Positions 55,481-64,000 of a stretch of DNA of 64,000 nucleotides are shown here, piece after piece (the stretch's first letter is position 1; every line of letters begins with the position of its first letter). The notes below the pieces were generated by a model. The model had not been told where the DNA came from, did not search any database, and saw only the letters and a program-made list of their open reading frames with translations. The position numbers and the translations under genes were made by a program. This DNA is from Minisyncoccota bacterium (GTDB lineage: Bacteria > Patescibacteriota > Minisyncoccia > UBA6257 > GWB1-50-10). Location of the stretch: assembly GCA_041659005.1 (NCBI GenBank), contig JBAZZD010000002.1, positions 25,817-89,816 on the forward strand. Direction: 5' to 3'.

Positions 55481-55624
55481 TTAGGGTTTTTTCGATTTGA
55501 ACCAATATGCGACGATAAAAAATATAACAATCCACACTAACCAAAAATAGAGATTCCATTCTATTAGTGCAACCGCAAAGAGAAGTAAAATAGTAATTAT
55601 TAAAAGAATAACGTCTTTTTTCAT
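55481..55624 (-). CDS. 47-aa hydrophobic peptide translationally coupled (ATGA) to the upstream gene
   Basis: ATG overlaps the stop of 55621..56496. MKKDVILLIITILLLFAVALIEWNLYFWLVWIVIFFIVAYWFKSKKP has two TM segments. A second 26-aa hydrophobic ORF follows at 55396-55476. Confidence 0.35.
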   Translation of the reverse strand: MKKDVILLIITILLLFAVALIEWNLYFWLVWIVIFFIVAYWFKSKKP

Positions 55625-56496
55625 TTAGAAGCTCTTACTTGTTTATTGGGTTCTTTAAATCGATACAACGCATTGGAAATTGTGAATGAAGCATTATCAT
55701 TCCAATATTGTTGGTTTACCCCAATTTTTTCTTTTAGTTTTTCTTTTGCCCATAGGCGGATAGCATCATATTTTTTTGCGATCTCAATTCTTTCATTTCG
55801 CCTCGCAAATGAACCAAAGACATTCCCCTGTTCTATAAATTTCTCCAATATCTGAATTCGTAACGGATGTTTTGCAAGTTTTTCCATATTTTTTTCCATC
55901 CATAGTTCATTTAATTCTTGTACAGTTTTTACATCTGCAGCAATTATGATTCTTGGAATATCTTTTATTCCAACTTTCCCTGTTTCCTCATCAAGAAAAT
56001 ATTTAACTTCTGGAAGATGATCTGAAACAATATCATTGTGAATTCGTTCCATTTTCTTTTCGATTCCCTCATTTAATGGCCCACCACCAACAGAAAGAAT
56101 ATCAATTGCAAGCGTCATTTCTTCCTTTGTTTCAGGATTAATAACGCGTAACACTTCATCTATTCCGTGCGCAATGTCGTCAAACTCATTTGTTTTTATT
56201 GCTTGAAGACCATCTATCCAATCTCCTTTTTTGAAACGCATATGTGTAATCGCTTCTAAAATAGTTGCACAGTTAGATCCGTATTCGTCTATTTTGTTTT
56301 TTTCAAATTTTTCTTTGCGATTTGCAACATATGCCTTATCTGCATGGATATTTTCAGAACCAAAAAAAGATTCAAACTTTTCAAAAGGAACCTCTTCTTT
56401 TTTTATCACATTTTTTGCTCGTGTTACTCCTTGCTCAAACGAAATTTTGTTCAAAGACGGCAAGTTAAAATCGTTTCCACCAAAATTTCCTCTCAT
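55621..56496 (-). CDS. hypothetical protein
   Basis: 291-aa ORF; no family recognised. Confidence 0.5.
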   Translation of the reverse strand: MRGNFGGNDFNLPSLNKISFEQGVTRAKNVIKKEEVPFEKFESFFGSENIHADKAYVANRKEKFEKNKIDEYGSNCATILEAITHMRFKKGDWIDGLQAIKTNEFDDIAHGIDEVLRVINPETKEEMTLAIDILSVGGGPLNEGIEKKMERIHNDIVSDHLPEVKYFLDEETGKVGIKDIPRIIIAADVKTVQELNELWMEKNMEKLAKHPLRIQILEKFIEQGNVFGSFARRNERIEIAKKYDAIRLWAKEKLKEKIGVNQQYWNDNASFTISNALYRFKEPNKQVRASK

Positions 56497-56517
56497 GTTT
56501 TTAGCATACTTAATTTT

Positions 56518-57210
56518 TTATATTTTGACAATTTCTGATATTTCTTTCCCACTTAGTTGTCTTCCTTTTCCTGGCTCCAAGCCACGACCGGTAAGAGAAC
56601 CAATTCTAATACGTTTTAATTTTGTTACTGTCCACTGTACAACATCTGCCATCCGACGAACCTGATGTTTTTTACCCTCCCGAAGGACTATTCTAAATCT
56701 ATGTGGACCAACTAATTTTGTTATCGCGGGCAATGTTTGAATTCCATCAATCAAAACTCCACGACTTAATAGTTTTAATTTGTCTTGAGAAACATCCTCG
56801 CGTACATCTACCTCATATTCCTTTTCAATTTTTCGTTCTTCTCCCGTGACTGCTTTTGTTACTCGTCCATCATTAGAAAGCAAAATCAATCCCTCACTTT
56901 CTTTGTCTAATCTTCCTACAGTATTTAGTTGCATGAATTCAGGAAATAATACAAAAATGCTCGGTCCCTCATCCCGCGATTTTGTACACGTATATCCTCT
57001 TGGTTTATAGCATAACAAAGTAATTTTCCCTTGTGTTTCGGTTATCTTTCTTGGAATTATGAGTTCAATTTTATCTTTTTCTGAATCAATTTGTATTCCC
57101 ATTTCACGTACTACCATGCCGTTTACTTTTATATATCCACGTTTAATATAATCTTCAGCCTCTCTTCGGGAACATAATCCTTTTTCCGAGCAGTATTTTT
57201 GGATCCGCAT
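56518..57210 (-). CDS. pseudouridine synthase, RsuA/RluB family, with S4 domain
   Basis: S4 N-terminus MRIQKYCSEKGLCSRREAEDYIKRG; catalytic GRLDKESEGLILLSNDG. Track ORF extends to 57333. Confidence 0.8.
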   Translation of the reverse strand: MRIQKYCSEKGLCSRREAEDYIKRGYIKVNGMVVREMGIQIDSEKDKIELIIPRKITETQGKITLLCYKPRGYTCTKSRDEGPSIFVLFPEFMQLNTVGRLDKESEGLILLSNDGRVTKAVTGEERKIEKEYEVDVREDVSQDKLKLLSRGVLIDGIQTLPAITKLVGPHRFRIVLREGKKHQVRRMADVVQWTVTKLKRIRIGSLTGRGLEPGKGRQLSGKEISEIVKI

Positions 57211-57269
57211 ATATGCACATGATACATTGAATTGTCGCAAAATAAAACCGCCCATATTGGGCGGGAAAC

Positions 57270-57575
57270 TTATTCTTTTTTTACCTTTTTTTGGGAGGCG
57301 CATAACTTTTCGAAAAACTTTGTATGTAAACATTTTTTTGGTTCGTATAATTTGAACATTGAACCGGTTAATTTCATCTTCCTTCCTTTTACCTCCACCG
57401 TTATAAATTGGTGGTGTCCAAGAGCTTCTATTTTTTCCTCGGGTATTTCCTCAACCGCGAGAACCATAAATTCATTTTTCCCAAAGAGTTTTTTATATTC
57501 TGCTTTTTTCTCATTAGTGAGGACAGGAGTTTGAGTATCAAACACCACTAAACTTTGCCGATTGAAATTAATCAT
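57270..57575 (-). CDS. hypothetical protein
   Basis: 101-aa ORF. Confidence 0.4.
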   Translation of the reverse strand: MINFNRQSLVVFDTQTPVLTNEKKAEYKKLFGKNEFMVLAVEEIPEEKIEALGHHQFITVEVKGRKMKLTGSMFKLYEPKKCLHTKFFEKLCASQKKVKKE

Positions 57576-57703
57576 TTTTTTCCTATTTTTTTGTGAATTT
57601 GCAATTGGATTTTCATTATCGCACAGACCGATGAGGATGTCAATCCCCCACTAACTAACAACACACAACCGACGACCAACAACTCGAGAAGACAGATCCA
57701 CAA

Positions 57704-58681
57704 TTAAGTATAATTTTTGATGATGAATTTTGTCTCGTTAATATCTTTTGAGTTCATTAATTTTATGCGAAGTTCTTTCGCGCCGTCAAAATCAGATATA
57801 TATATTTTAAAAAACTTTTTCAAATAATCAAATTTTCTTATTGATGATTCTTTGTCATTTTTATACATCCCTTCAAATTGTTTTATGTGATCCGATAAGA
57901 TCGTGATCCTATCATCAATAGTTAATATTTTTTCTCGTTTCCTGAATGCGTAGATATTTGAAAATATACCACGCCCAATCATAACACCATCAACCCCGTA
58001 TTTTTCACATTTTTCTATTGCTTCTTGCCTATTTAAAACGTCGCCATTTCCCAAAATTATTGGACATGTTCGCTTCGTATTATATGAGCGGATAATATCG
58101 GTAGCGCGTTTAATTGCGTCCCAGTGTGTGGGAACCTTAGAGGCCTCTTTCATTGTTCTACCATGTATTGTAATTGCATCAAGACCTGATTCCGCTAATA
58201 GTGGAATCCACGTTTCTACTTCGTCTTTAGAATATCCAATTCTTGTTTTCACCGATACAGGAATTTTTCCTGCTCCTTCTTTGGCCTTCGCAATAATTTC
58301 CACTGTTCGCCTTGGATTTTTTATAAGTGCGGCACCCGCACCCTGTCGGATAACTGACTTGTCTGGACATCCCATATTAATATCAATTCCATCAAATCCC
58401 AGAGAAGCAACCAATTTCGTTGCCTCATATATTTTCTCTGGATTTGAAGAAAATAATTGCGCAACAATTGGGTGTTCCCTTTTTGAAAACTTTAGATCGT
58501 GAAGGAGTTTTTCCCTCCCCTTCTGACTACAGAGACCATCTGCGGAGACAAACTCAGTCCACATGACGTCCGGTTTCCCATATTTTGTAAGAATTGCGCG
58601 AAAAGCAACATCGGTTACATTTGCCATCGGTGCGATTGCTACAAACGGTTTTTCAATTGTTTTCCAAAACCCTTTTGGCAT
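57704..58681 (-). CDS. tRNA-dihydrouridine synthase
   Basis: AIAPMANVTDVAFRAI and FDGIDINMGCP motifs. Confidence 0.85.
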   Translation of the reverse strand: MPKGFWKTIEKPFVAIAPMANVTDVAFRAILTKYGKPDVMWTEFVSADGLCSQKGREKLLHDLKFSKREHPIVAQLFSSNPEKIYEATKLVASLGFDGIDINMGCPDKSVIRQGAGAALIKNPRRTVEIIAKAKEGAGKIPVSVKTRIGYSKDEVETWIPLLAESGLDAITIHGRTMKEASKVPTHWDAIKRATDIIRSYNTKRTCPIILGNGDVLNRQEAIEKCEKYGVDGVMIGRGIFSNIYAFRKREKILTIDDRITILSDHIKQFEGMYKNDKESSIRKFDYLKKFFKIYISDFDGAKELRIKLMNSKDINETKFIIKNYT

Positions 58682-58728
58682 AGATGAATCATGACATTAT
58701 ATAGAACTGACAACAAGATACAGAGAAA

Positions 58729-58913
58729 AATTTCAATTTATAATTTACAAATTTCAAATGAGAGAATGAAGAGAAAGGAGAATTTCAATTTATAATTTAC
58801 AAATTTCAAATAAACGAGAATTAAAGAGTTTGGAATAAAATAATTTCGAATGACGAATTTTGAATTTTCTGCCCAAGGCAGATCAGTCTAAGGCTGACAA
58901 TTTATAATTTACA
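58729..58913. repeat. tandem and dispersed AT-rich repeat array (2.5 copies of the 31-mer AATTTCAATTTATAATTTACAAATTTCAAAT plus one AATTTCGAATGACGAATTTTGAATT copy)
   Basis: 31-mers at 58729-58759 and 58781-58811 (period 52), partial at 58888-58913; AT-motif copy at 58842-58870; hairpin ctgcc-caag-gcag at 58863-58875. Confidence 0.7.
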
Positions 58914-59012
58914 AATCTCAAATGGTGAAATTCATTTTTTTTAAAATAAATGGAGAAAATATAAAAAAGATAAACCCTTCGACAAGCTCAGGGTATTTTT
59001 GTTAGCAAAAAT

Positions 59013-59040
59013 AAAGACCCCGCATTAGCGGGGAAAAAGA
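59013..59040 (-). terminator. intrinsic terminator
   Basis: ccccgc-taat-gcgggg followed by tctttattttt on the minus strand. Confidence 0.6.
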
Positions 59041-59388
59041 TTAAGACAGAGGTTCGATATCACACCAAAACGGACTTACTGAAAGTCGATCGCCAGTTTT
59101 TAGAATTTTAAAAACTACCCACCAATGTTGTTCATGTTCCCATTTATAAATCTCATCGATATAACAAGAACCGAATCCGAGGAATTCACACTCCCCGATC
59201 AAGAACGGATCAAGAATTTTAACATTGTATTTTTTTCCAATATCTTGTGCGAAAAGATTCGTCGCGCTCCCATTTGAACATCCGCTAACATGCTTAAAAT
59301 TCGAAATTGGAGTTGTAAGGGTCGCACTGTGACCAAATTCTCTTATTTCTCCGAATAAATTATATAAGTAGAGTTTTTCCTTAGGCAT
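59041..59388 (-). CDS. hypothetical protein
   Basis: 115-aa ORF with a terminator. Confidence 0.45.
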   Translation of the reverse strand: MPKEKLYLYNLFGEIREFGHSATLTTPISNFKHVSGCSNGSATNLFAQDIGKKYNVKILDPFLIGECEFLGFGSCYIDEIYKWEHEQHWWVVFKILKTGDRLSVSPFWCDIEPLS

Positions 59389-59471
59389 TACTGCCTCCTC
59401 TTTTTATTATTAAATATGATAATATTCTGCCATGTATTAATACAAATTGCAATGGTTGATACTTGATTCTC

Positions 59472-59510
59472 CCCCGCCAAAAGCGGGTCAGCCTGCCTGC
59501 CGTAGGCAGG
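59472..59510. repeat. GC-rich palindromic repeat variant (CCTGCCTGCCGTAGGCAGG) with adjacent cccgcc-aaaa-gcggg hairpin
   Basis: Same CCTGCC...GGCAGG arms as the 790 and 34985 copies. Confidence 0.55.
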
Positions 59511-59538
59511 GATGATGGAGAAAAATAAAAAGCCCCTA

Positions 59539-60228
59539 TTAGGGCTTTGAAAGTGTGTATGCTTTTACCACTATGCTTATAATGGCAAATGGAAGTGAAA
59601 TTGCAAACAGGATATTTGCAAATGAAATTTCACTAAATGCTATTAAGAGGATTCCAATTGCTTGGAGAGAAAATTTCACTTTTCCGAAAATGTTGGAACG
59701 AAAATTTGTATTCTCTTTTTTCTTTAATCCTTGCAATGTAAATCCCACGAGTGCAATGATTAGCAAAAATAATTCAATCCCAATCATTGGAAATATAACC
59801 CAATGAGAAAGCTGACCAAGAAATGGCATTACAATAATAATAAGGGACACCTTATCACAGAGAGGGTCAAACCATTCACCGAATGCGGTATGTCCATCTA
59901 TTTCTGCCCATGCCCCGTCAAATTTATCGGTGAGTAGGGCAATAATTACTATCGGTGACACAAAATACCATGGAACGCCGTATGTCTGCATTATCATTGC
60001 TATTGTGATGAGAAATGGTCTTAGGACTGACAAAAGATTAGGAACAGTAACAATCGCTTCTCCTTGAACTCTCCAATTGAGGATAGTTGTTATCAATTCC
60101 TCATGTTTGTCTTCTCTGCGTTCGCGACGTTTTTTTATCCATTCGCGAGTACTTATCGCATATGGACGAAGAACATTCGCTATAACACGATTTAGCGCAT
60201 TGTATGCGCCCTCCATAAATTTTTGCAT
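59539..60228 (-). CDS. CDP-alcohol phosphatidyltransferase family protein
   Basis: DKFDGAWAEIDGHTAFGEWFDPLCDKV gives D-G-x2-A-R/W...G-x3-D-x3-D. Confidence 0.75.
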   Translation of the reverse strand: MQKFMEGAYNALNRVIANVLRPYAISTREWIKKRRERREDKHEELITTILNWRVQGEAIVTVPNLLSVLRPFLITIAMIMQTYGVPWYFVSPIVIIALLTDKFDGAWAEIDGHTAFGEWFDPLCDKVSLIIIVMPFLGQLSHWVIFPMIGIELFLLIIALVGFTLQGLKKKENTNFRSNIFGKVKFSLQAIGILLIAFSEISFANILFAISLPFAIISIVVKAYTLSKP

Positions 60229-60372
60229 ATATAACTCCTTTTAATTTACTAAAGTTATTTTATCATAATTTTGAAGAGTTGTCCATTTTAATAACCAATA
60301 ACAGACAACCTATGACCCACAACATAAAAATCCAACCTTGTAACAAGGTTGGATTTTTAATAAATCTACGTC

Positions 60373-63300
60373 CTATTTCTGAATGCTTGGAGGTTTTACA
60401 ATCATTTTATCTATTGTCTCGAAAGTTAAGTTGGAATCAATAATTCCCGTTGGTGTTTTAAATTCAAATATATCGGGCGCACTTTGCCTTACAAGCCCAA
60501 CAACTGGCTCGGAAATATTATTTGGTGAAAGTAAACGTGGTTCCCAGAACGAAGATGTTGCACCATCGGGAATTGAAGGAGGTGTTGTGAGAGTCTCAAG
60601 CTCGTGAAACTTACTAATTGCTCCTTGGAAATTATCTGAAAGAAACGAACCAGTTTCTGGATCGGTAAATTGAGTAAATGTTTGCTCGTTCATTTCGTGT
60701 CCTTGTGCAATATAGTCCGTAAACGATTGTGCACGATAGGTATCCAATCCATATGTCTTTGCAAGTCCAGTTGTTTCTCGCATTAAATCTACATTGTCAG
60801 AGCTATTAAGAAATTTAAATGCACCACCCTCATGAAGTTCATCAACAAGATTGTTGGTGTGAATTTCACGAAGTGCGTCGCGCACCGCCCCAATTTTAAG
60901 ATATTCTGGATGTTGCTCAGTAAGTTTTACTAAACTTTCAGCTCCGTTTGCTTTTGCCCAGTCTTGTGGTTGAGTTCCTTCAACAAAATTTGGATTTCCT
61001 TTGTAATTTAAATATGCTTGGGAAAGCTCGTTATTTCCTTTGATATCAATTGGAAGTTCTTTTGTTGTTTCAACGCCAAATGCGTCAGTTCCCTTTACTA
61101 CAAATGTTTCTGTCTGCCCTTCGGGAGTCACCACCACTTCGTTAAGTACATTGGTTTTTGCTCCCAATATTTCATGCGAAACTTTTGGTTTCATTGATTC
61201 AAGAAACGCCGCACGTTGAGAAGCATTGGATTGCATGATGCTTTCCATTTGCTCGCGTGAAAGATGTTTTGCTGACTCAAGTGCATTTTGAATATCCTGA
61301 TTATTTTCAAATAAAGAATCTAATTCCTTTCCGTATCCAACTTTTATTTGATCAGCATTTTCCAATCCAAATTTATGTGGATCGGCAGTTACCTGATCTT
61401 TCAAGTGATCAATGAAATAAGTTTTTTGTGCCTCATTTAGATCACTGAATCCTTTTACATTCTTTGCTGAATCTTCTTCAATAAGCCTCCATACCGAGTC
61501 GCCTTTGTGCGCAGTTGCAAGATCTTCAACGTGTCCTGAAGATGGAGGAATATGTTCTGGGTTTATTTCTCCAGATTTTGGACCGTTCACAATATGCTCC
61601 GCCCCTGTTGAGGCAACAGCCCCCATCGCTACGTCTGCACCCGTATCAATGAGTTGTGCACCAAGATTTCCTCCAATAACACCGGTTAGAACCGTCATAA
61701 GTCCACGATTCCATTTTCGATATTTATTTGCTACCGCCTCTTTCTTTCTAAATTCTAAATCAACCTCTTTCCCATATGCATAATTTTTTTCTGCAAAGGT
61801 ATCAAAATTTCTCTGTAACACTAATTCCCTCAATTGTTCATCTCTGGTTAACTCGTCTGCTTTTACTTCAACAGTTTCTTCATATGCCTTGCGAACATCA
61901 TGCGAATACGTTGAATCAACTATTTTTTCTCCAACATATTTTTGGAGGTAGTACCCAAACGTTCCGCCAGTTACTGAACGGATTGCACGATATCCGATAT
62001 AAAGTGGAACAGACATTGCTGCCGCAGTAACTGCTCCGGCGCCCAATGCAAGACCTCCACCGGCAACTACTGCACCAATAATTGCGGAACGATATGGACG
62101 TTGAATTTTAGAAAGTTGAGTCATCGCTTTCTTGAAAATCCCCGGATGCTTCAGCTGTTCCGCCTCATAAATTTCTTCAATTTTTCTCTGGTCTATCTGT
62201 TGTTCACGGAACACCATCTTCAAAAGGAGTTGTTCGTATGAGTTTGTTAGATTTACTTCTTCATATTCTCCTTTCTTTCCATTAAAAATACGCGTCTTTT
62301 TTCCTGTCACTATTTTTTCAACAAGGAGTGCATCAATTTGTTCTGGTGTATATCCATGTCCCTTAAATTCTTCTTCCAAGGCTGCCGCTTTGTCTTTAAG
62401 CATCAATGTTTTTAGCTCCTTGAGCGTTGGCTCAAAACGGTTGCTTAGTTCAAGATTTGAATAGGAGCGATCTCCCTCACGAAGCTTGCTCTTCATTATT
62501 TTAAGAGAATCTTCATATGAAATTCCTTTTTCTTTTGCGTGTCTCAAAACATCTATGCGGATTGCTTCGCGTGCATCTTTGATTTCATACACTTCAAGTG
62601 CTTTATCAACTACTCTCTGTGTAAATGTTCTTTCAATGACTGGAATAACTTTTGCCTTATCTGCGGGAGAAATCATTTTCCAGTCCTTTTTAAGAATATC
62701 TTGGAGTAATGTTCTATCGTCCGCACTTGCATTATATGCAACAAGAGAAAAATCACCATTCCCACAAAGAAGATCTAACACTTTTCGTGCTTGATCGGGT
62801 GTATATTCCTTTTTTGGGCCTCGCTCTACGGATATTGGAACACTTGGAGCAACATTTCGTATTGCTTCAGCTGTGCGAGCAGTTGCGGGTGGTGCATCAC
62901 GATTTACTGCTGGGGCTTCCACATTATTACTAGTAGTTCGTGGTTCAGTTTCCTGATTTAATGATGGTGGATTTTCTGGTCTTGGTGGCTCTTCGTGGAG
63001 AATAACTGGAGGCTCTATTTTTGAGTCACTTTCTTTTTTTTGATTATAAAAATCTTTTAGTTCCTCGTTTGTTTGTTTTATAGCTCGCGCGTTCTCTTCA
63101 TCGCTTCTAATTCCGTATTTGGAAATTTCTTCTGGAGTAAAATCTGGTTTTTTCTTTTCTTTCCCCCTTTTTGTATTGGGTATTGATTCAGATTTTGATC
63201 TGTCACCATCGGGCTTCTTTTCCTTAGAAAGATCAATGTCTTCTTGCATCTTTTTCTCTAGATCCCTCTTCTCCTTTAAAATAAAATAGTCTTCTAAAAC

Positions 63301-63639
63301 TCCTTCTCTGATTTCCTCTGGAATCTCTTCCGCCCTTTTTGGGTCAGAAATAATTTTACTTATTTCGTTTAAATCTCTTTGTGTGTTTTTTAGACTGTTT
63401 AAATTTTCTTCGCTTTCACTTTCTTCCTTCTCTTCTTTTATTTCACTTTTTGCGTCATAACTATCCTTCGATTCTTCAGAAATAGAATTCAACTGTTTTT
63501 CCTTTTCGTCTTCATTTGCTTCACCGATTTTCAAATCAACCACACGTTGTTTAAGTGTGGGTGTAAAAGAATCCACCATCTTTTTTTTGGCTTCCTCTAT
63601 TTCCTTTTGTGTTTTTGGTTTTGGAGGTTGTTCGCTCAT
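60373..63639 (-). CDS. very large (1088 aa) membrane/surface protein, acidic coiled N-terminal region
   Basis: E/K-rich low-complexity N-terminal 250 aa, two Gly/Ala-rich TM segments mid-protein, large C-terminal domain. Confidence 0.6.
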   Translation of the reverse strand: MSEQPPKPKTQKEIEEAKKKMVDSFTPTLKQRVVDLKIGEANEDEKEKQLNSISEESKDSYDAKSEIKEEKEESESEENLNSLKNTQRDLNEISKIISDPKRAEEIPEEIREGVLEDYFILKEKRDLEKKMQEDIDLSKEKKPDGDRSKSESIPNTKRGKEKKKPDFTPEEISKYGIRSDEENARAIKQTNEELKDFYNQKKESDSKIEPPVILHEEPPRPENPPSLNQETEPRTTSNNVEAPAVNRDAPPATARTAEAIRNVAPSVPISVERGPKKEYTPDQARKVLDLLCGNGDFSLVAYNASADDRTLLQDILKKDWKMISPADKAKVIPVIERTFTQRVVDKALEVYEIKDAREAIRIDVLRHAKEKGISYEDSLKIMKSKLREGDRSYSNLELSNRFEPTLKELKTLMLKDKAAALEEEFKGHGYTPEQIDALLVEKIVTGKKTRIFNGKKGEYEEVNLTNSYEQLLLKMVFREQQIDQRKIEEIYEAEQLKHPGIFKKAMTQLSKIQRPYRSAIIGAVVAGGGLALGAGAVTAAAMSVPLYIGYRAIRSVTGGTFGYYLQKYVGEKIVDSTYSHDVRKAYEETVEVKADELTRDEQLRELVLQRNFDTFAEKNYAYGKEVDLEFRKKEAVANKYRKWNRGLMTVLTGVIGGNLGAQLIDTGADVAMGAVASTGAEHIVNGPKSGEINPEHIPPSSGHVEDLATAHKGDSVWRLIEEDSAKNVKGFSDLNEAQKTYFIDHLKDQVTADPHKFGLENADQIKVGYGKELDSLFENNQDIQNALESAKHLSREQMESIMQSNASQRAAFLESMKPKVSHEILGAKTNVLNEVVVTPEGQTETFVVKGTDAFGVETTKELPIDIKGNNELSQAYLNYKGNPNFVEGTQPQDWAKANGAESLVKLTEQHPEYLKIGAVRDALREIHTNNLVDELHEGGAFKFLNSSDNVDLMRETTGLAKTYGLDTYRAQSFTDYIAQGHEMNEQTFTQFTDPETGSFLSDNFQGAISKFHELETLTTPPSIPDGATSSFWEPRLLSPNNISEPVVGLVRQSAPDIFEFKTPTGIIDSNLTFETIDKMIVKPPSIQK

Positions 63640-63646
63640 GTGAATT

Positions 63647-63961
63647 TTATGATAAATGTGCCGGCATCATCATTTCTTTATACTTTGCGACTTCTTCACG
63701 AATAATTTCTTCAATAGAAGGAATATTTTGCTTTAAGAAGTTTGTGATTTCTGCGTGATCGGTCGCAGTATCAATAAGTGTTTCCAATGATTCTGCCTGA
63801 GCTTCATTAAGGTTATCCATAATACGAAGCCAAATTGCGCGTGCAATTAATTCTGACATTTCATCAAGTATATTTTTTCGTTCTGCATCGGGAAGACCAT
63901 CAAGATGAAGTTCCTTTATAAGATCGACATTCAGCAATGACTCAATTTTTTTTGTATCCAT
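63647..63961 (-). CDS. hypothetical protein
   Basis: 104-aa ORF just upstream of the large protein on the same strand. Confidence 0.45.
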   Translation of the reverse strand: MDTKKIESLLNVDLIKELHLDGLPDAERKNILDEMSELIARAIWLRIMDNLNEAQAESLETLIDTATDHAEITNFLKQNIPSIEEIIREEVAKYKEMMMPAHLS

Positions 63962-64000
63962 TTTTAATTGTTTGTATTATACAACGACTTACGCCATAAG

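Noticed and set aside
58729-58913. Possible CRISPR array (regular direct repeats)
   Set aside because: Only about 2.5 repeat units, spacers of unequal length (21 and 76 bp), AT-only repeat without the usual partial palindrome, and no cas genes in the window.

Overview
AT-rich, gene-dense bacterial window of about 78 protein-coding genes and two tRNAs, with short intergenic spacers, many small hypothetical or membrane proteins and frequent 1-8 nt gene overlaps. The content looks like a reduced-genome, Patescibacteria/CPR-like organism; this taxonomic call is inference from gene content only. Recognisable housekeeping genes: ychF, scpA-scpB, a D-Ala-D-Ala carboxypeptidase, a partial cell-wall cluster (mraY ... 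ftsW-murG), gltX, an M23 peptidase, secA, rmuC, rpmA (L27), rplI (L9), an S41 protease, thpR, def-fmt, a DEAD-box helicase, lexA, tspO, a MacAB/HlyD-type efflux trio, a tRNA-dihydrouridine synthase, a pseudouridine synthase, a CDP-alcohol phosphatidyltransferase, tRNA-Leu(GAG) and tRNA-Gln(CTG). No rRNA genes or CRISPR array are present. Main points of interest: (1) a eukaryote-type PI4-kinase type II-like kinase inserted between mraY and ftsW, where murD usually sits; (2) a three-part dispersed repeat family (an AT-rich AATTTCGAATGACGAATTT motif, an AATTTACAAATTTCAAAT motif and a GC-rich perfect palindrome CCTGCCTGCGCAGGCAGG), including one copy of the palindrome sitting inside the AT motif within an ORF; (3) tRNA-like elements with inverted T-arm/acceptor-like ends immediately downstream of both tRNAs, one carrying a tmRNA-like CUGGAUUCGA motif; (4) two tandem paralogous genes of unknown function; (5) promoter-to-terminator small-RNA candidates; (6) a lexA - membrane protein - cytochrome b5 cluster with a palindromic operator candidate.
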